A DNA stretch of 64,000 bases from a virus (lineage: Duplodnaviria; Caudoviricetes). The position numbers were made by a program, and so were the translations under genes. Where the stretch lies: the IMG/VR virus record IMGVR_UViG_3300025367_000001, positions 3,152 through 67,151 of that record. One strand, given 5' to 3'. Shown here in pieces: positions 46,055-54,120 of this stretch. Numbering within the stretch: the stretch's first letter is position 1; every line of letters starts with the position of its first letter. Under the pieces are notes generated by a model. That model had not been told where the DNA came from, did not search any database, and saw only the letters and a list, made by a program, of their open reading frames with translations.

Positions 46055-46125
46055 TTCTCTTGTGCCTTTCTCCATGCTTTTTTTAGCCAAGCCATCCATT
46101 GTTTTCTTGTCATTGGTTTGTTCAT
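46051..46125 (-). CDS. 24-aa mini-ORF MNKPMTRKQWMAWLKKAWRKAQEK
   Basis: ATGA coupling at both ends; ends in the junction repeat. Confidence 0.5.
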   Translation of the reverse strand: MNKPMTRKQWMAWLKKAWRKAQEK

Positions 46126-46364
46126 AGCTTTCTCCACTTCTGAATGTCATCCCAAACCTCTGGGCGGTTTTCTTTTAGCCAATACACTACGCTTTTCAAC
46201 ACTTCTATTTCAGCTTGTTGCTGGCGTAGCATTTCTTCATACTTACTTGTTATCCTTTCAATTTCTACCTCTTGTTGGCGTAGCATGGTGGCTATCTCTT
46301 CTCGAGTCACCAGCTTGTACCAACTGTCAACTTCCAATAAATCAGCTAGTTCATTTGCGTTCAT
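46122..46364 (-). CDS. Modular mini-protein (MNANE box, two MLRQQ boxes)
   Basis: First 16 nt identical to the start of 38994..39308. Confidence 0.6.
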   Translation of the reverse strand: MNANELADLLEVDSWYKLVTREEIATMLRQQEVEIERITSKYEEMLRQQQAEIEVLKSVVYWLKENRPEVWDDIQKWRKL

Positions 46365-46576
46365 CCCACATACTCCTCTGCCATGTTTTCAGCATATGTT
46401 AACCAAGGCTTCCATGCCCTACGTATTTCACCAAACACATAGTGGTTGGGGTTTTCACGTAACACTAAGTCTCGTTTAGCTTCCACCGTCTCTGCTAATG
46501 GGATTGTTGTAAACAAAGAGTTCTTGTTTGCGTCGTGGATTATATATTTTCTAGTGCGAGGTGCTTCATTTTCCAC
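46361..46576 (-). CDS. Hypothetical protein
   Basis: Coupled ORF. Confidence 0.45.
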   Translation of the reverse strand: MENEAPRTRKYIIHDANKNSLFTTIPLAETVEAKRDLVLRENPNHYVFGEIRRAWKPWLTYAENMAEEYVG

Positions 46577-46769
46577 AGTTGTTTTCCTTTTGGTTTTGCT
46601 TTGTTTGAATCTGCTTGATGACCGTTGATAAAGCCTGCAGTTGGGTGCATATAGTGTTAATGATCTGCGTCACTTCATACGCTTGGGGGCTTGTATCCAC
46701 AAAACTATACTGCGCACCCGATGCCCCTTGTATAACCGCCTCCCTATCCTCCGTTGTAAATGTTGTCAT
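46566..46769 (-). CDS. Hypothetical protein (MTTFTTEDR start)
   Basis: AAGGAGG SD; ATGA coupling. Confidence 0.5.
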   Translation of the reverse strand: MTTFTTEDREAVIQGASGAQYSFVDTSPQAYEVTQIINTICTQLQALSTVIKQIQTKQNQKENNCGK

Positions 46770-47080
46770 ACTTCCTCCTTTTGTTTATGTAACTTAACTA
46801 ACTCGTGCATCTTACCCGCAATAAACCCAGCCTCCCATAGCACATCTACCATACCACTATTCATATATTGGTCGTAGTCTTTTGGTATAAATAGCCAGTC
46901 GGCATACTCTTCGTCGTATAAAGCTTGGTCATCATTACGCAAAGCCTCATAATCCATAGCGTAACTTTGTAACTCCAAGCCTAAATCAGAATCGGCAGTC
47001 AATAGATTCTCATCAAACTCCTCTATCTTGCCGTCATTCCATATAAACCTTACCTGCACCTTCGTTATTGTTTTGCTCAT
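46766..47080 (-). CDS. Acidic hypothetical protein
   Basis: ATGA coupling. Confidence 0.55.
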   Translation of the reverse strand: MSKTITKVQVRFIWNDGKIEEFDENLLTADSDLGLELQSYAMDYEALRNDDQALYDEEYADWLFIPKDYDQYMNSGMVDVLWEAGFIAGKMHELVKLHKQKEEV

Positions 47081-47244
47081 AGTTTTAGCATTCCTTCCTC
47101 TACTTGCGTGTTAATAATTAAATCGTTAGCGTCCCATATAGCCGTTTCTAAATGTTTAGTCCGATACTCTTGCGGGCAATCCTCTCTAACTTGGGTTAGT
47201 AACTCAATCAAACAATTAAACAACTTTTTTTCTAACACATTCAT
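47077..47244 (-). CDS. 55-aa hypothetical protein
   Basis: Own translation MNVLEKKLFNCLIELLTQVREDCPQEYRTKHL...; AAGGAGG SD. Confidence 0.5.
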   Translation of the reverse strand: MNVLEKKLFNCLIELLTQVREDCPQEYRTKHLETAIWDANDLIINTQVEEGMLKL

Positions 47245-48011
47245 ACAACCTCCTTAATTGCATTAACATATTTGTTAACAGTCGAACCCTCTAGACCGCA
47301 CGCTGTATTTACTTCTAACACATAGCACTTATCCTGTGCCTCATTCCATACAACATCTACTGCACCGAAGTCTAGACCTAATGCACTAACGGCAGATGTA
47401 GCCACGCCCCTAAGATCATGAGGTTCTTCGATATCACCCCGACAAAAGACATACCCGTTTGCATGGTTTCTAATATAAGGGTGGTGGTCAGCAACACTAG
47501 AACTCCTACGCTTTTCTTGTATGTCAATAATTTTACTATTAAATACATGGACTCTAAACTCCTTTTGTTTGCGTATGTATTTGGTATACAACGGGGCATC
47601 TACTAACTCATCTTGTTGTTTAGCTACAACAATGCCTTGCCCTGAGTGTGCGGTGAGTAGCATACGACATACTACCTTGTGCCCTTGGTCTATCCACTCC
47701 TTTGCTTTGTCCTTATCTGTTGTGTACTCAGGGTGTGGGACATCCGCCAACTTAAAATGCAGTAACGACCTATGTTTGTTTGACGCTACGCTGACGGCAC
47801 TAGCGGAGTTGATGACCGTAGCATTTGTATCACTAACCCCACTACTACCCCAATTCACCACAACCCTACTAGACTTACACAAGCCCACCCGCTCAGGGGT
47901 AATAAACAACACATCTCTACCTAGTGCCTCGCTCAATCCTTTCTTTAATAGCCTAGCACTTTTACTGCCTCGTTTGTATGGGGCTATTGCCACTCGCGAT
48001 GTGTTTGTCAT
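47241..48011 (-). CDS. ATP-grasp (RimK-like) ligase
   Basis: HSGQGI, EFRVHV, LGLDFGAVD, LEVNTA.G. Confidence 0.85.
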   Translation of the reverse strand: MTNTSRVAIAPYKRGSKSARLLKKGLSEALGRDVLFITPERVGLCKSSRVVVNWGSSGVSDTNATVINSASAVSVASNKHRSLLHFKLADVPHPEYTTDKDKAKEWIDQGHKVVCRMLLTAHSGQGIVVAKQQDELVDAPLYTKYIRKQKEFRVHVFNSKIIDIQEKRRSSSVADHHPYIRNHANGYVFCRGDIEEPHDLRGVATSAVSALGLDFGAVDVVWNEAQDKCYVLEVNTACGLEGSTVNKYVNAIKEVV

Positions 48012-48250
48012 TTATGCACCTCCCTTATAGTCATTTCGTGGTCACCCATATCAAAAGTCATGCGACCATCGGGGTGGGTTTTTAATGTAGCATCACCCTT
48101 TGCAATAGCCTCAAGGATAATGCATAGTATTACCGCCCCTCTTGTAGCCTTGCGTAGGTTATGTTGAAAATAGCCCGCCGCAACTGTAGCTAAGACAGCC
48201 CAGACTAACAAGAACACTTCACTCATTTCTAAATTCATACTGTTTGTCAT
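48008..48250 (-). CDS. Small membrane protein
   Basis: Hydrophobic segments; ATGA coupling. Confidence 0.5.
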   Translation of the reverse strand: MTNSMNLEMSEVFLLVWAVLATVAAGYFQHNLRKATRGAVILCIILEAIAKGDATLKTHPDGRMTFDMGDHEMTIREVHK

Positions 48251-48540
48251 TCCGTATCTTTCCTTTCTAAGCCTTTGATTTTGTTAAGCAAATCCGTTAT
48301 CTGCTCATCGTTTTGGTATCCGATTACATCATTACATACAGGGTTTTGGGAGTCTAAGTAGTAGTTTGTTTTACTTAACCACTTAATAACTGCCAATTCA
48401 TATGGGCGTTCATCATTACCACGAATCAGACCATCACCCCCCCATACCACACTCGCACCATACCCATTAGGAAAACGGTAAAGTCTTTGGTTGTGTGGCA
48501 TATCCTTATTCGGATTCTCTGCTACTAAATGTTCTTTCAT
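48247..48540 (-). CDS. Hypothetical phage protein
   Basis: YRFPNGYGASVV...YELAVI motif. Confidence 0.6.
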   Translation of the reverse strand: MKEHLVAENPNKDMPHNQRLYRFPNGYGASVVWGGDGLIRGNDERPYELAVIKWLSKTNYYLDSQNPVCNDVIGYQNDEQITDLLNKIKGLERKDTE

Positions 48541-48743
48541 ACTCCCTCCTCTAGGTTTATATACTGACTCTCTTCCCCTAACTCCAAGGTTTCGTACTGC
48601 TCATAGTTGTCACTTTGAATGTGCTTATCCCACAAACTGGGGTCAGTCTTATATGCTTTTCTTTCTGCTTCTTCTCTAGTAAGGGCAGTTACTTCTTGGA
48701 CTGCAAAGCGGGTCGCCCCCGCAACTATATAAAACTTAGACAT
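48537..48743 (-). CDS. Hypothetical protein
   Basis: AAAGGA SD; ATGA coupling. Confidence 0.5.
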   Translation of the reverse strand: MSKFYIVAGATRFAVQEVTALTREEAERKAYKTDPSLWDKHIQSDNYEQYETLELGEESQYINLEEGV

Positions 48744-48763
48744 ACTTTATTTTCCTTTCGTTG

Positions 48764-49945
48764 TTAGCAGATACTGATTTTTTGTGGCTTAGTTCTTTCC
48801 ATCCAAGGGAACGCTTCACGGGCGCAGATGTGGTCAGTCAAGATACGCTGGAACCAACTGCTATCAATCATGTCATCTAGTGCCATGTAGCACACCTCCA
48901 TGAAGTTGTCGATACCAAACTCCTTGATGAACTCATCGCCTGCAACACGGCTGAGATACTTGATCTCGAATGTCTGCTCGATCTCAAATAGTAAGTCTTC
49001 CATCACATCTTCAATCTCTTGAGGCGACACACCATACTCAGGGCTACGATTAGTATTATCTTCATCATCGTAATCACCATCTTCATCTTCAAAGATATTA
49101 CCTACTGGCGGGACATACACAGGGCGATCTAGCTTGTCCGTTGTTTCTACCTTGTCATATGTCTTGGTAGTGTGGTTGTATTTGTAATCCTCCCAGTAGT
49201 CATCGCTATCGTAAACACTAGAACTATAACTAGAACCGTAGCCAGCACCATAGCCAGACCACTGCTTGTAAGACTTACTACCACCAGTTTTCCACACCGC
49301 CTTGTATGGCTCAGCCTCGATCTGTTGCACCGCTAACTCAGCACTATCAACATACTCTTTGGGCACACCAGTAGGACTAGACCACGCATATGTATTAGAT
49401 AACCAACGACCGCCCCAATACACGCCTGAGGTTTGATTGACTGTCTGAATACGACCTGTGCTATCCATGATGACAAACTTATTAGACGCACCGATATGAT
49501 CACCAATAATCTCAGCAAACGCATCGGTAAACGCAAAGTCTAAGTTGTTAGCAAGCATAGGTCGTAAGTAGTCACGAATGTAGTGCCATGTATCTGACTT
49601 GGTAACATCACCCGCATTACCTGTACCTAGTATGCCGTTATGCATGAGCCAAACATCAAGCCCGTGCTCAGCACTATTGAATACTTCATATGGGTGGCAA
49701 TTCTCCATATCGATGTTGCCGTGGGTCTTCATACGCAGATGGAACGCACAATCGTACCCATCAATGTGGTTGTTATAAAACTCTACAAACTCTTGGGCAT
49801 TCTTAGGCAAGATCTTCTCGATGAGAAGCTCGCCGTCAACTGAACGCATGATACCAACGCCATCGGCGTTAGATGAATAGAAATCCTCTAACCACTCTTG
49901 GGTTAATGAAGGGGCTGTTGCTGGTTGTACGATTAACAAACACAT
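48764..49945 (-). CDS. Class II (Ntn) glutamine amidotransferase with long low-complexity C-terminus
   Basis: N-terminal MC, NADGVG, HLRMKTHG, NCHPY, MHNG, SDT. Confidence 0.85.
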   Translation of the reverse strand: MCLLIVQPATAPSLTQEWLEDFYSSNADGVGIMRSVDGELLIEKILPKNAQEFVEFYNNHIDGYDCAFHLRMKTHGNIDMENCHPYEVFNSAEHGLDVWLMHNGILGTGNAGDVTKSDTWHYIRDYLRPMLANNLDFAFTDAFAEIIGDHIGASNKFVIMDSTGRIQTVNQTSGVYWGGRWLSNTYAWSSPTGVPKEYVDSAELAVQQIEAEPYKAVWKTGGSKSYKQWSGYGAGYGSSYSSSVYDSDDYWEDYKYNHTTKTYDKVETTDKLDRPVYVPPVGNIFEDEDGDYDDEDNTNRSPEYGVSPQEIEDVMEDLLFEIEQTFEIKYLSRVAGDEFIKEFGIDNFMEVCYMALDDMIDSSWFQRILTDHICAREAFPWMERTKPQKISIC

Positions 49946-50001
49946 GTGTATTTCCTTTATTTAGATTGATTTAAATTTGTTTGGGACAGGTTTCTGCCCG
50001 C

Positions 50002-51477
50002 TTACACTTCAGCTAATTGTTCTTTCTTCTCGAAGCGTGGGTTAGCTTTAACGATTGCTGATTTATCTAGCATGAATCCCTTAGACCGCAAGAATGACCG
50101 TAGATTGATTGTGTCCTTGCGATTGTCAGGCTGGCTAATAAACTTGAGGAAGTTATCCGTAGTTAAGTCTTGTTGACCTGTATCACGACTAAAGAACCAA
50201 GCCATGTAAGTAAACTCAAGACAAGACATGATGGTCTCATAGCGTAGCGTGCCCTTAAACAAGCGGAACTCAATAGTTCTCTCAGGCTGGAAGTTAACCG
50301 ACTCATACCGATCCTCATTCAAGCGTTGCATACCATTACGCTTGCCGTGCTTGAGCCATGCATAGTCGGCTGTCTTGTTCTTAACTTGCGAGTAGCGGTT
50401 GCCATCTCGTCTTGCTATGGTACGAAAGAGTCGCTGGTTTCTACTATCGTGCATGAACAGGATTAACTTTGCCGCATGAAACATACTCATGCCCTTCTTG
50501 CAGATGTGAACATGAAGCCCACAAGTCTTGGTATCGTGCGACTTAACATCAGCCCATCTATGCTTGAAGAACTCTAACTGCTTGGCATGAACATCTAACC
50601 CTGTATAGCCAGTCACCATCTCAAAGCCGTGGCTAAGAGACCCATCGTCTTCTAAGAAACAATAGTTGTGCCCTTCAGGCGTAACACCGATAGCCTCGAA
50701 CAACTCCTCAGCCTTAGCCTCTCGGTCGCAACCATCGCCGACCTCCATCTCAAGCTCAAGCCCCATGTAGATCTTAGTCTCTCGCTTGGAGAACTCGGTT
50801 GGAATAAGACCTAGCTTACGCTTACTACTATGGTAGCCCCCGATGAATCGGCTTTCTTCTTCTTGCTCTTCATCATCTTCGTAGTCAGGCTCTTCATCGT
50901 CTTCATGCACCACGCTATCATGGTAGTCTGACCAACGATAGCTATTCTCCCTACAACTAGAGCACACCCATCTGTCGCCGTTATACACCCAAGAGCCATC
51001 GTCTTCTGCTTCTATATACTCGCAGTCAGAACAAACCTCATATGCGGGTGCGTTGGGGAATTTATCAGAGTCGTTAAGGATCTCGCACCAATCGCTACTA
51101 CCTGCCATATCCCTGATGTCAGAGTCGTTATTAAGTATACAAACTAACTCACTATCGTCTTGAGTTCTAAAACACTCCCTAGCCCTCACTCCGAAGTCGT
51201 ATAGAGCACGCTTGCGAGTCATAAGCGAGGCATAACTTGTTACTGAAAACCGATTGAGTCGGTTGCTGTGCCTTTGAGGTGTTACTACGAGGTTGTTCTT
51301 GATAGTGTATTTACTATGCTCTACTGCTTCCGCCATAGTCCATGCGTGGGGTCTTTCCATGTGATTCAACTTCATATTGAGGAATGTCCGCAACACATCA
51401 TGCTTACCATCGGGCAGGCTTGCTTTGCGAAGACGGACTGCTTCTACCTGTGCAACTGTATATGTAACTGTTGGCAT
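50002..51477 (-). CDS. Putative amidoligase (COOH-NH2 ligase)
   Basis: GLELE, DGSL..GFEMVT, CGLHVH, RYESVN, TIEFRLF. Confidence 0.85.
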   Translation of the reverse strand: MPTVTYTVAQVEAVRLRKASLPDGKHDVLRTFLNMKLNHMERPHAWTMAEAVEHSKYTIKNNLVVTPQRHSNRLNRFSVTSYASLMTRKRALYDFGVRARECFRTQDDSELVCILNNDSDIRDMAGSSDWCEILNDSDKFPNAPAYEVCSDCEYIEAEDDGSWVYNGDRWVCSSCRENSYRWSDYHDSVVHEDDEEPDYEDDEEQEEESRFIGGYHSSKRKLGLIPTEFSKRETKIYMGLELEMEVGDGCDREAKAEELFEAIGVTPEGHNYCFLEDDGSLSHGFEMVTGYTGLDVHAKQLEFFKHRWADVKSHDTKTCGLHVHICKKGMSMFHAAKLILFMHDSRNQRLFRTIARRDGNRYSQVKNKTADYAWLKHGKRNGMQRLNEDRYESVNFQPERTIEFRLFKGTLRYETIMSCLEFTYMAWFFSRDTGQQDLTTDNFLKFISQPDNRKDTINLRSFLRSKGFMLDKSAIVKANPRFEKKEQLAEV

Positions 51478-51651
51478 AACTGTATTTCCTTTCGTTTGTG
51501 TAATAACTGATGACCGAAGTCATTGGACAGAAACCTGTCCCAATCTATTTAATAATCAAACCTACTACATACCTAACTACTTGTGCCCCTATGAATAAAC
51601 TACAAAACAACAGGGCGATCCTGCTATACAAATTAAATCCGTGAAATACTT

Positions 51652-52278
51652 TCATCCTTCGTTCCTTTCTGCTAGTCGATACCGCATGATGTCGTTGCTC
51701 GTGCCATCTAAACTCCAATACCAATTTCTAACATTTTGGGCAGTCGGGTTCGGTCGTGGGTTATCTCTTAGCCACACAAATACTCGTGCTTCGGGGTTTG
51801 TTGTGACTATGTCAGGCACTTGGTCGTTTAGTGGTCGATCCCTTAAGTCGATAAGGCGGTGCAAGTTACCCCAATCCACCCAAGGACTCTCTTTCTTGAG
51901 CTTCTTGTATGCAACTATCGCACCGCTTTGACTCGGGGCATCACCCCACCATAAGTGGGACACCAAACTACTACCTTTCTCCCCACCCCGCAAGACATAC
52001 CTAACCCTATCTGTGCGTAGTAAGTGCTCAGGCTTTTCATCGGCTTGGGTTGTGGTATTTATTAGTGGGTGCAGGGGTGTGAACCCCTTGGGTATTTTGA
52101 AGCGTGGTTCAGGGGTTTGGGATGCTAGGGTGAGGGTGGGTTGAGTTGTGCGTATTACAGTAGCTCGCATTTCTGCAATCATCTCTTCAACGCTCATATC
52201 CCTAACTGCCCTACCTACATACTGCCTTTCCCGTTCTAGCACATCTTCCAGCCCTTCTCTACTTTCGCCATTAGGCAC
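51652..52278 (-). CDS. Hypothetical early protein
   Basis: GTG start with AAGGAGG SD; two W-x-W...I.(A/R)Y(K/R) segments. Confidence 0.55.
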   Translation of the reverse strand: MPNGESREGLEDVLERERQYVGRAVRDMSVEEMIAEMRATVIRTTQPTLTLASQTPEPRFKIPKGFTPLHPLINTTTQADEKPEHLLRTDRVRYVLRGGEKGSSLVSHLWWGDAPSQSGAIVAYKKLKKESPWVDWGNLHRLIDLRDRPLNDQVPDIVTTNPEARVFVWLRDNPRPNPTAQNVRNWYWSLDGTSNDIMRYRLAERNEG

Positions 52279-52306
52279 GGTCTATTCCTCCTTTGTTAGT
52301 GGTTGT

Positions 52307-52906
52307 TTACTTGGACAGGTTTCTGTCCGTATCGTATTCATTTAACTTCTCTACTCTCCTTTCTTTCATCAATCTATATTGCGTTTCTAAAACCGCCAAG
52401 TGAGAGTGTCTCTCCCTAACTAAATTAAGTCTTTCCTCCTCGGTGTTCCACTTGGTCTGTCTTGTTTGTTTTATGGGACAGGTTTCTGTCCGTCTGAAGT
52501 AGGCGTGGTATCTGTTCTTAGCTAGGTTTACTTCTTTATCTAGGGTGGTTTTTAGTGCTTCTCGTTCCTTACCCTTTTCCTTTTGCCACCTCTCTTTCAT
52601 ATGACGGCTTCGGGTTTTGTTTATTACCTCTCGCTTTTCAGCGATCAGGGCTTCACCTAGCTTCTCGTTTATTCTTTTGTTGGTGATCTTGTTGCGTAGT
52701 TCTTTGAGGGTGAGCTTAGCCCTCGGTTTGCGTTTGGGTTGGCATTGTTTGCACAAAGAGCTGATGACCGTAGTTCCTGTTTCAACCCGCCTGTTTAGGG
52801 CGTTTGAATATTCTTCTGCAGTCATGCGTCTTTTAAACTCAGCTCGCTCTCTTGTTTCCCCGCATTTCGCACAAGTTAGTTGTGCTTGCTTGGTTAGTTT
52901 TTTCAT
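52307..52906 (-). CDS. Basic Zn-ribbon (CxxC...CxxC) protein
   Basis: CAKC and CKQC; Lys/Arg-rich helices. Confidence 0.6.
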   Translation of the reverse strand: MKKLTKQAQLTCAKCGETRERAEFKRRMTAEEYSNALNRRVETGTTVISSLCKQCQPKRKPRAKLTLKELRNKITNKRINEKLGEALIAEKREVINKTRSRHMKERWQKEKGKEREALKTTLDKEVNLAKNRYHAYFRRTETCPIKQTRQTKWNTEEERLNLVRERHSHLAVLETQYRLMKERRVEKLNEYDTDRNLSK

Positions 52907-52959
52907 GTGGTTTGTTTCCGTTTTAATGAAGCAAGGGCAGGTTTCTGTCCCGTTTAGCC

Positions 52960-53280
52960 ATAAAAGTCTACTAATGTCCAGTAATTATACCTATGTTGTC
53001 CACAGTAGTTGTCATGTGTTTGAGCCTTATACTACTACGCTTTTTCCTTATGCTGTCACAGATGTCTACGGATTTCCAGCAACTTAAGGACTAAGAAAGT
53101 AAGACACAAATAAACAGTCCCACTTATTTACCCTTATATATATATATATTTAGAATTTAGTATTTATATATATAGGTGTGCTGGGAATGTGGTAGACGCA
53201 CATAAACAAAAGGGTTGCGGGCGTCAAGGTAGTGTCCACCTGCGAGATAAAGTAGACAATTACCAAGTGCATTATTATGG
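52960..53280. other. Candidate replication origin
   Basis: Non-coding; (TA)7 at 53135 and (TA)5 at 53165; flanking GTCTAC/GTCCAC hexamers. Confidence 0.4.
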
Positions 53281-53318
53281 TGCATAACGGGACAGAAACC
53301 TGTCCCAAACCCCTCTCA

Positions 53319-53576
53319 TTACAGCCAGATGAAGCCACAAGAAGCTAACGCATCGGAGGTGATGACTACCCAGCCTGAGTCCTTGCCGTGCTTCTCAATG
53401 CGTTTACGCCACGCTGTTGTGGCTCGGGCTAAAGACTGATATGGCTTTCTTACTATCTCGCCTACTTCATCGCCTTTCTTTTGGCATACGACCCATACAT
53501 TACTACGCTTACCTAGTGTGCCTTCGGCTAGGATCTGTTTGTATACAGCGTTTGGTTTGAGGGTGATTGATTTCAT
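53319..53576 (-). CDS. Hypothetical early protein
   Basis: AAAGGAG SD; ATGA coupling. Confidence 0.55.
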   Translation of the reverse strand: MKSITLKPNAVYKQILAEGTLGKRSNVWVVCQKKGDEVGEIVRKPYQSLARATTAWRKRIEKHGKDSGWVVITSDALASCGFIWL

Positions 53577-53716
53577 AGTAATTCTCCTTTGTAAAGGTTA
53601 ACGACAGATTGGACTTGCTTGGTTGATAACTTGAGAGAGCGGGCAATCGCTAGGATTGTGTAGCCTTCCCAATACATTAGTGCTACCTCTTCTACTAATC
53701 GCTTCATGCCTGACAT
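53573..53716 (-). CDS. 47-aa HTH protein
   Basis: AAGGAGG SD before MSGMKRL; EGYTILAIARSLKLSTKQVQSVV. Confidence 0.55.
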   Translation of the reverse strand: MSGMKRLVEEVALMYWEGYTILAIARSLKLSTKQVQSVVNLYKGELL

Positions 53717-53718
53717 GG

Positions 53719-53898
53719 TTAGTCCTCCTTGATTGCTTGTGCTATGCCCTGCCATGTTTGCTTGGATATGATGGAGTTGCCCCAATCACTATCGTCTGCT
53801 AACACATCATTGGCGTAGCGGGTTATTGCTTCTAGGATAAAAGCCTCTGCCAAAGGCTCGTGGTTGAACTGCTTGATGATGGCTTTGATTTGCTTCAT
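53719..53898 (-). CDS. 59-aa hypothetical early protein
   Basis: Own translation MKQIKAIIKQFNHEPLAEAFILEAITRY... Confidence 0.5.
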   Translation of the reverse strand: MKQIKAIIKQFNHEPLAEAFILEAITRYANDVLADDSDWGNSIISKQTWQGIAQAIKED

Positions 53899-54065
53899 TC
53901 GTATTTCCCTTGTTTGTAGGTGTTGCGGTTAAAGGTCATAAACACCTCGCCCATAGTGATGGGCTTGTGGTAGTCAGGTTTGGGTTTGGTATCGGACAGA
54001 ATCCTGTCCCGTTGTTGCCTGACCATTTGGTGCATGGCTAGTTGTTGCGCTTTGGTTAAGTGCAT
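53895..54065 (-). CDS. 56-aa hypothetical early protein
   Basis: Own translation MHLTKAQQLAMHQMVRQQRDRILSD...; AAGGAG SD. Confidence 0.5.
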   Translation of the reverse strand: MHLTKAQQLAMHQMVRQQRDRILSDTKPKPDYHKPITMGEVFMTFNRNTYKQGKYE

Positions 54066-54120
54066 GGTTACTCCTTGATTAGACAGAAAATTAAACTGCG
54101 ATGAAGCCTCGTTGCCACGC

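Larger units (their letters stand above)
38806..46070 (-). repeat. 20-bp gene-junction repeat GAAAGGCACAAGAGAAATGA, 5 copies (38806, 38994, 45660, 45875, 46051)
   Basis: + strand tcatttctcttgtgcctttc exact in four copies, one mismatch at 38994. Confidence 0.9.

Noticed and set aside
45460-46150. ORF-track starts at 45696 and 46150 giving a shared KGTREM peptide
   Set aside because: KGTREM is the junction repeat read in the downstream frame; the coupled starts at 45663 and 46054 are more plausible.
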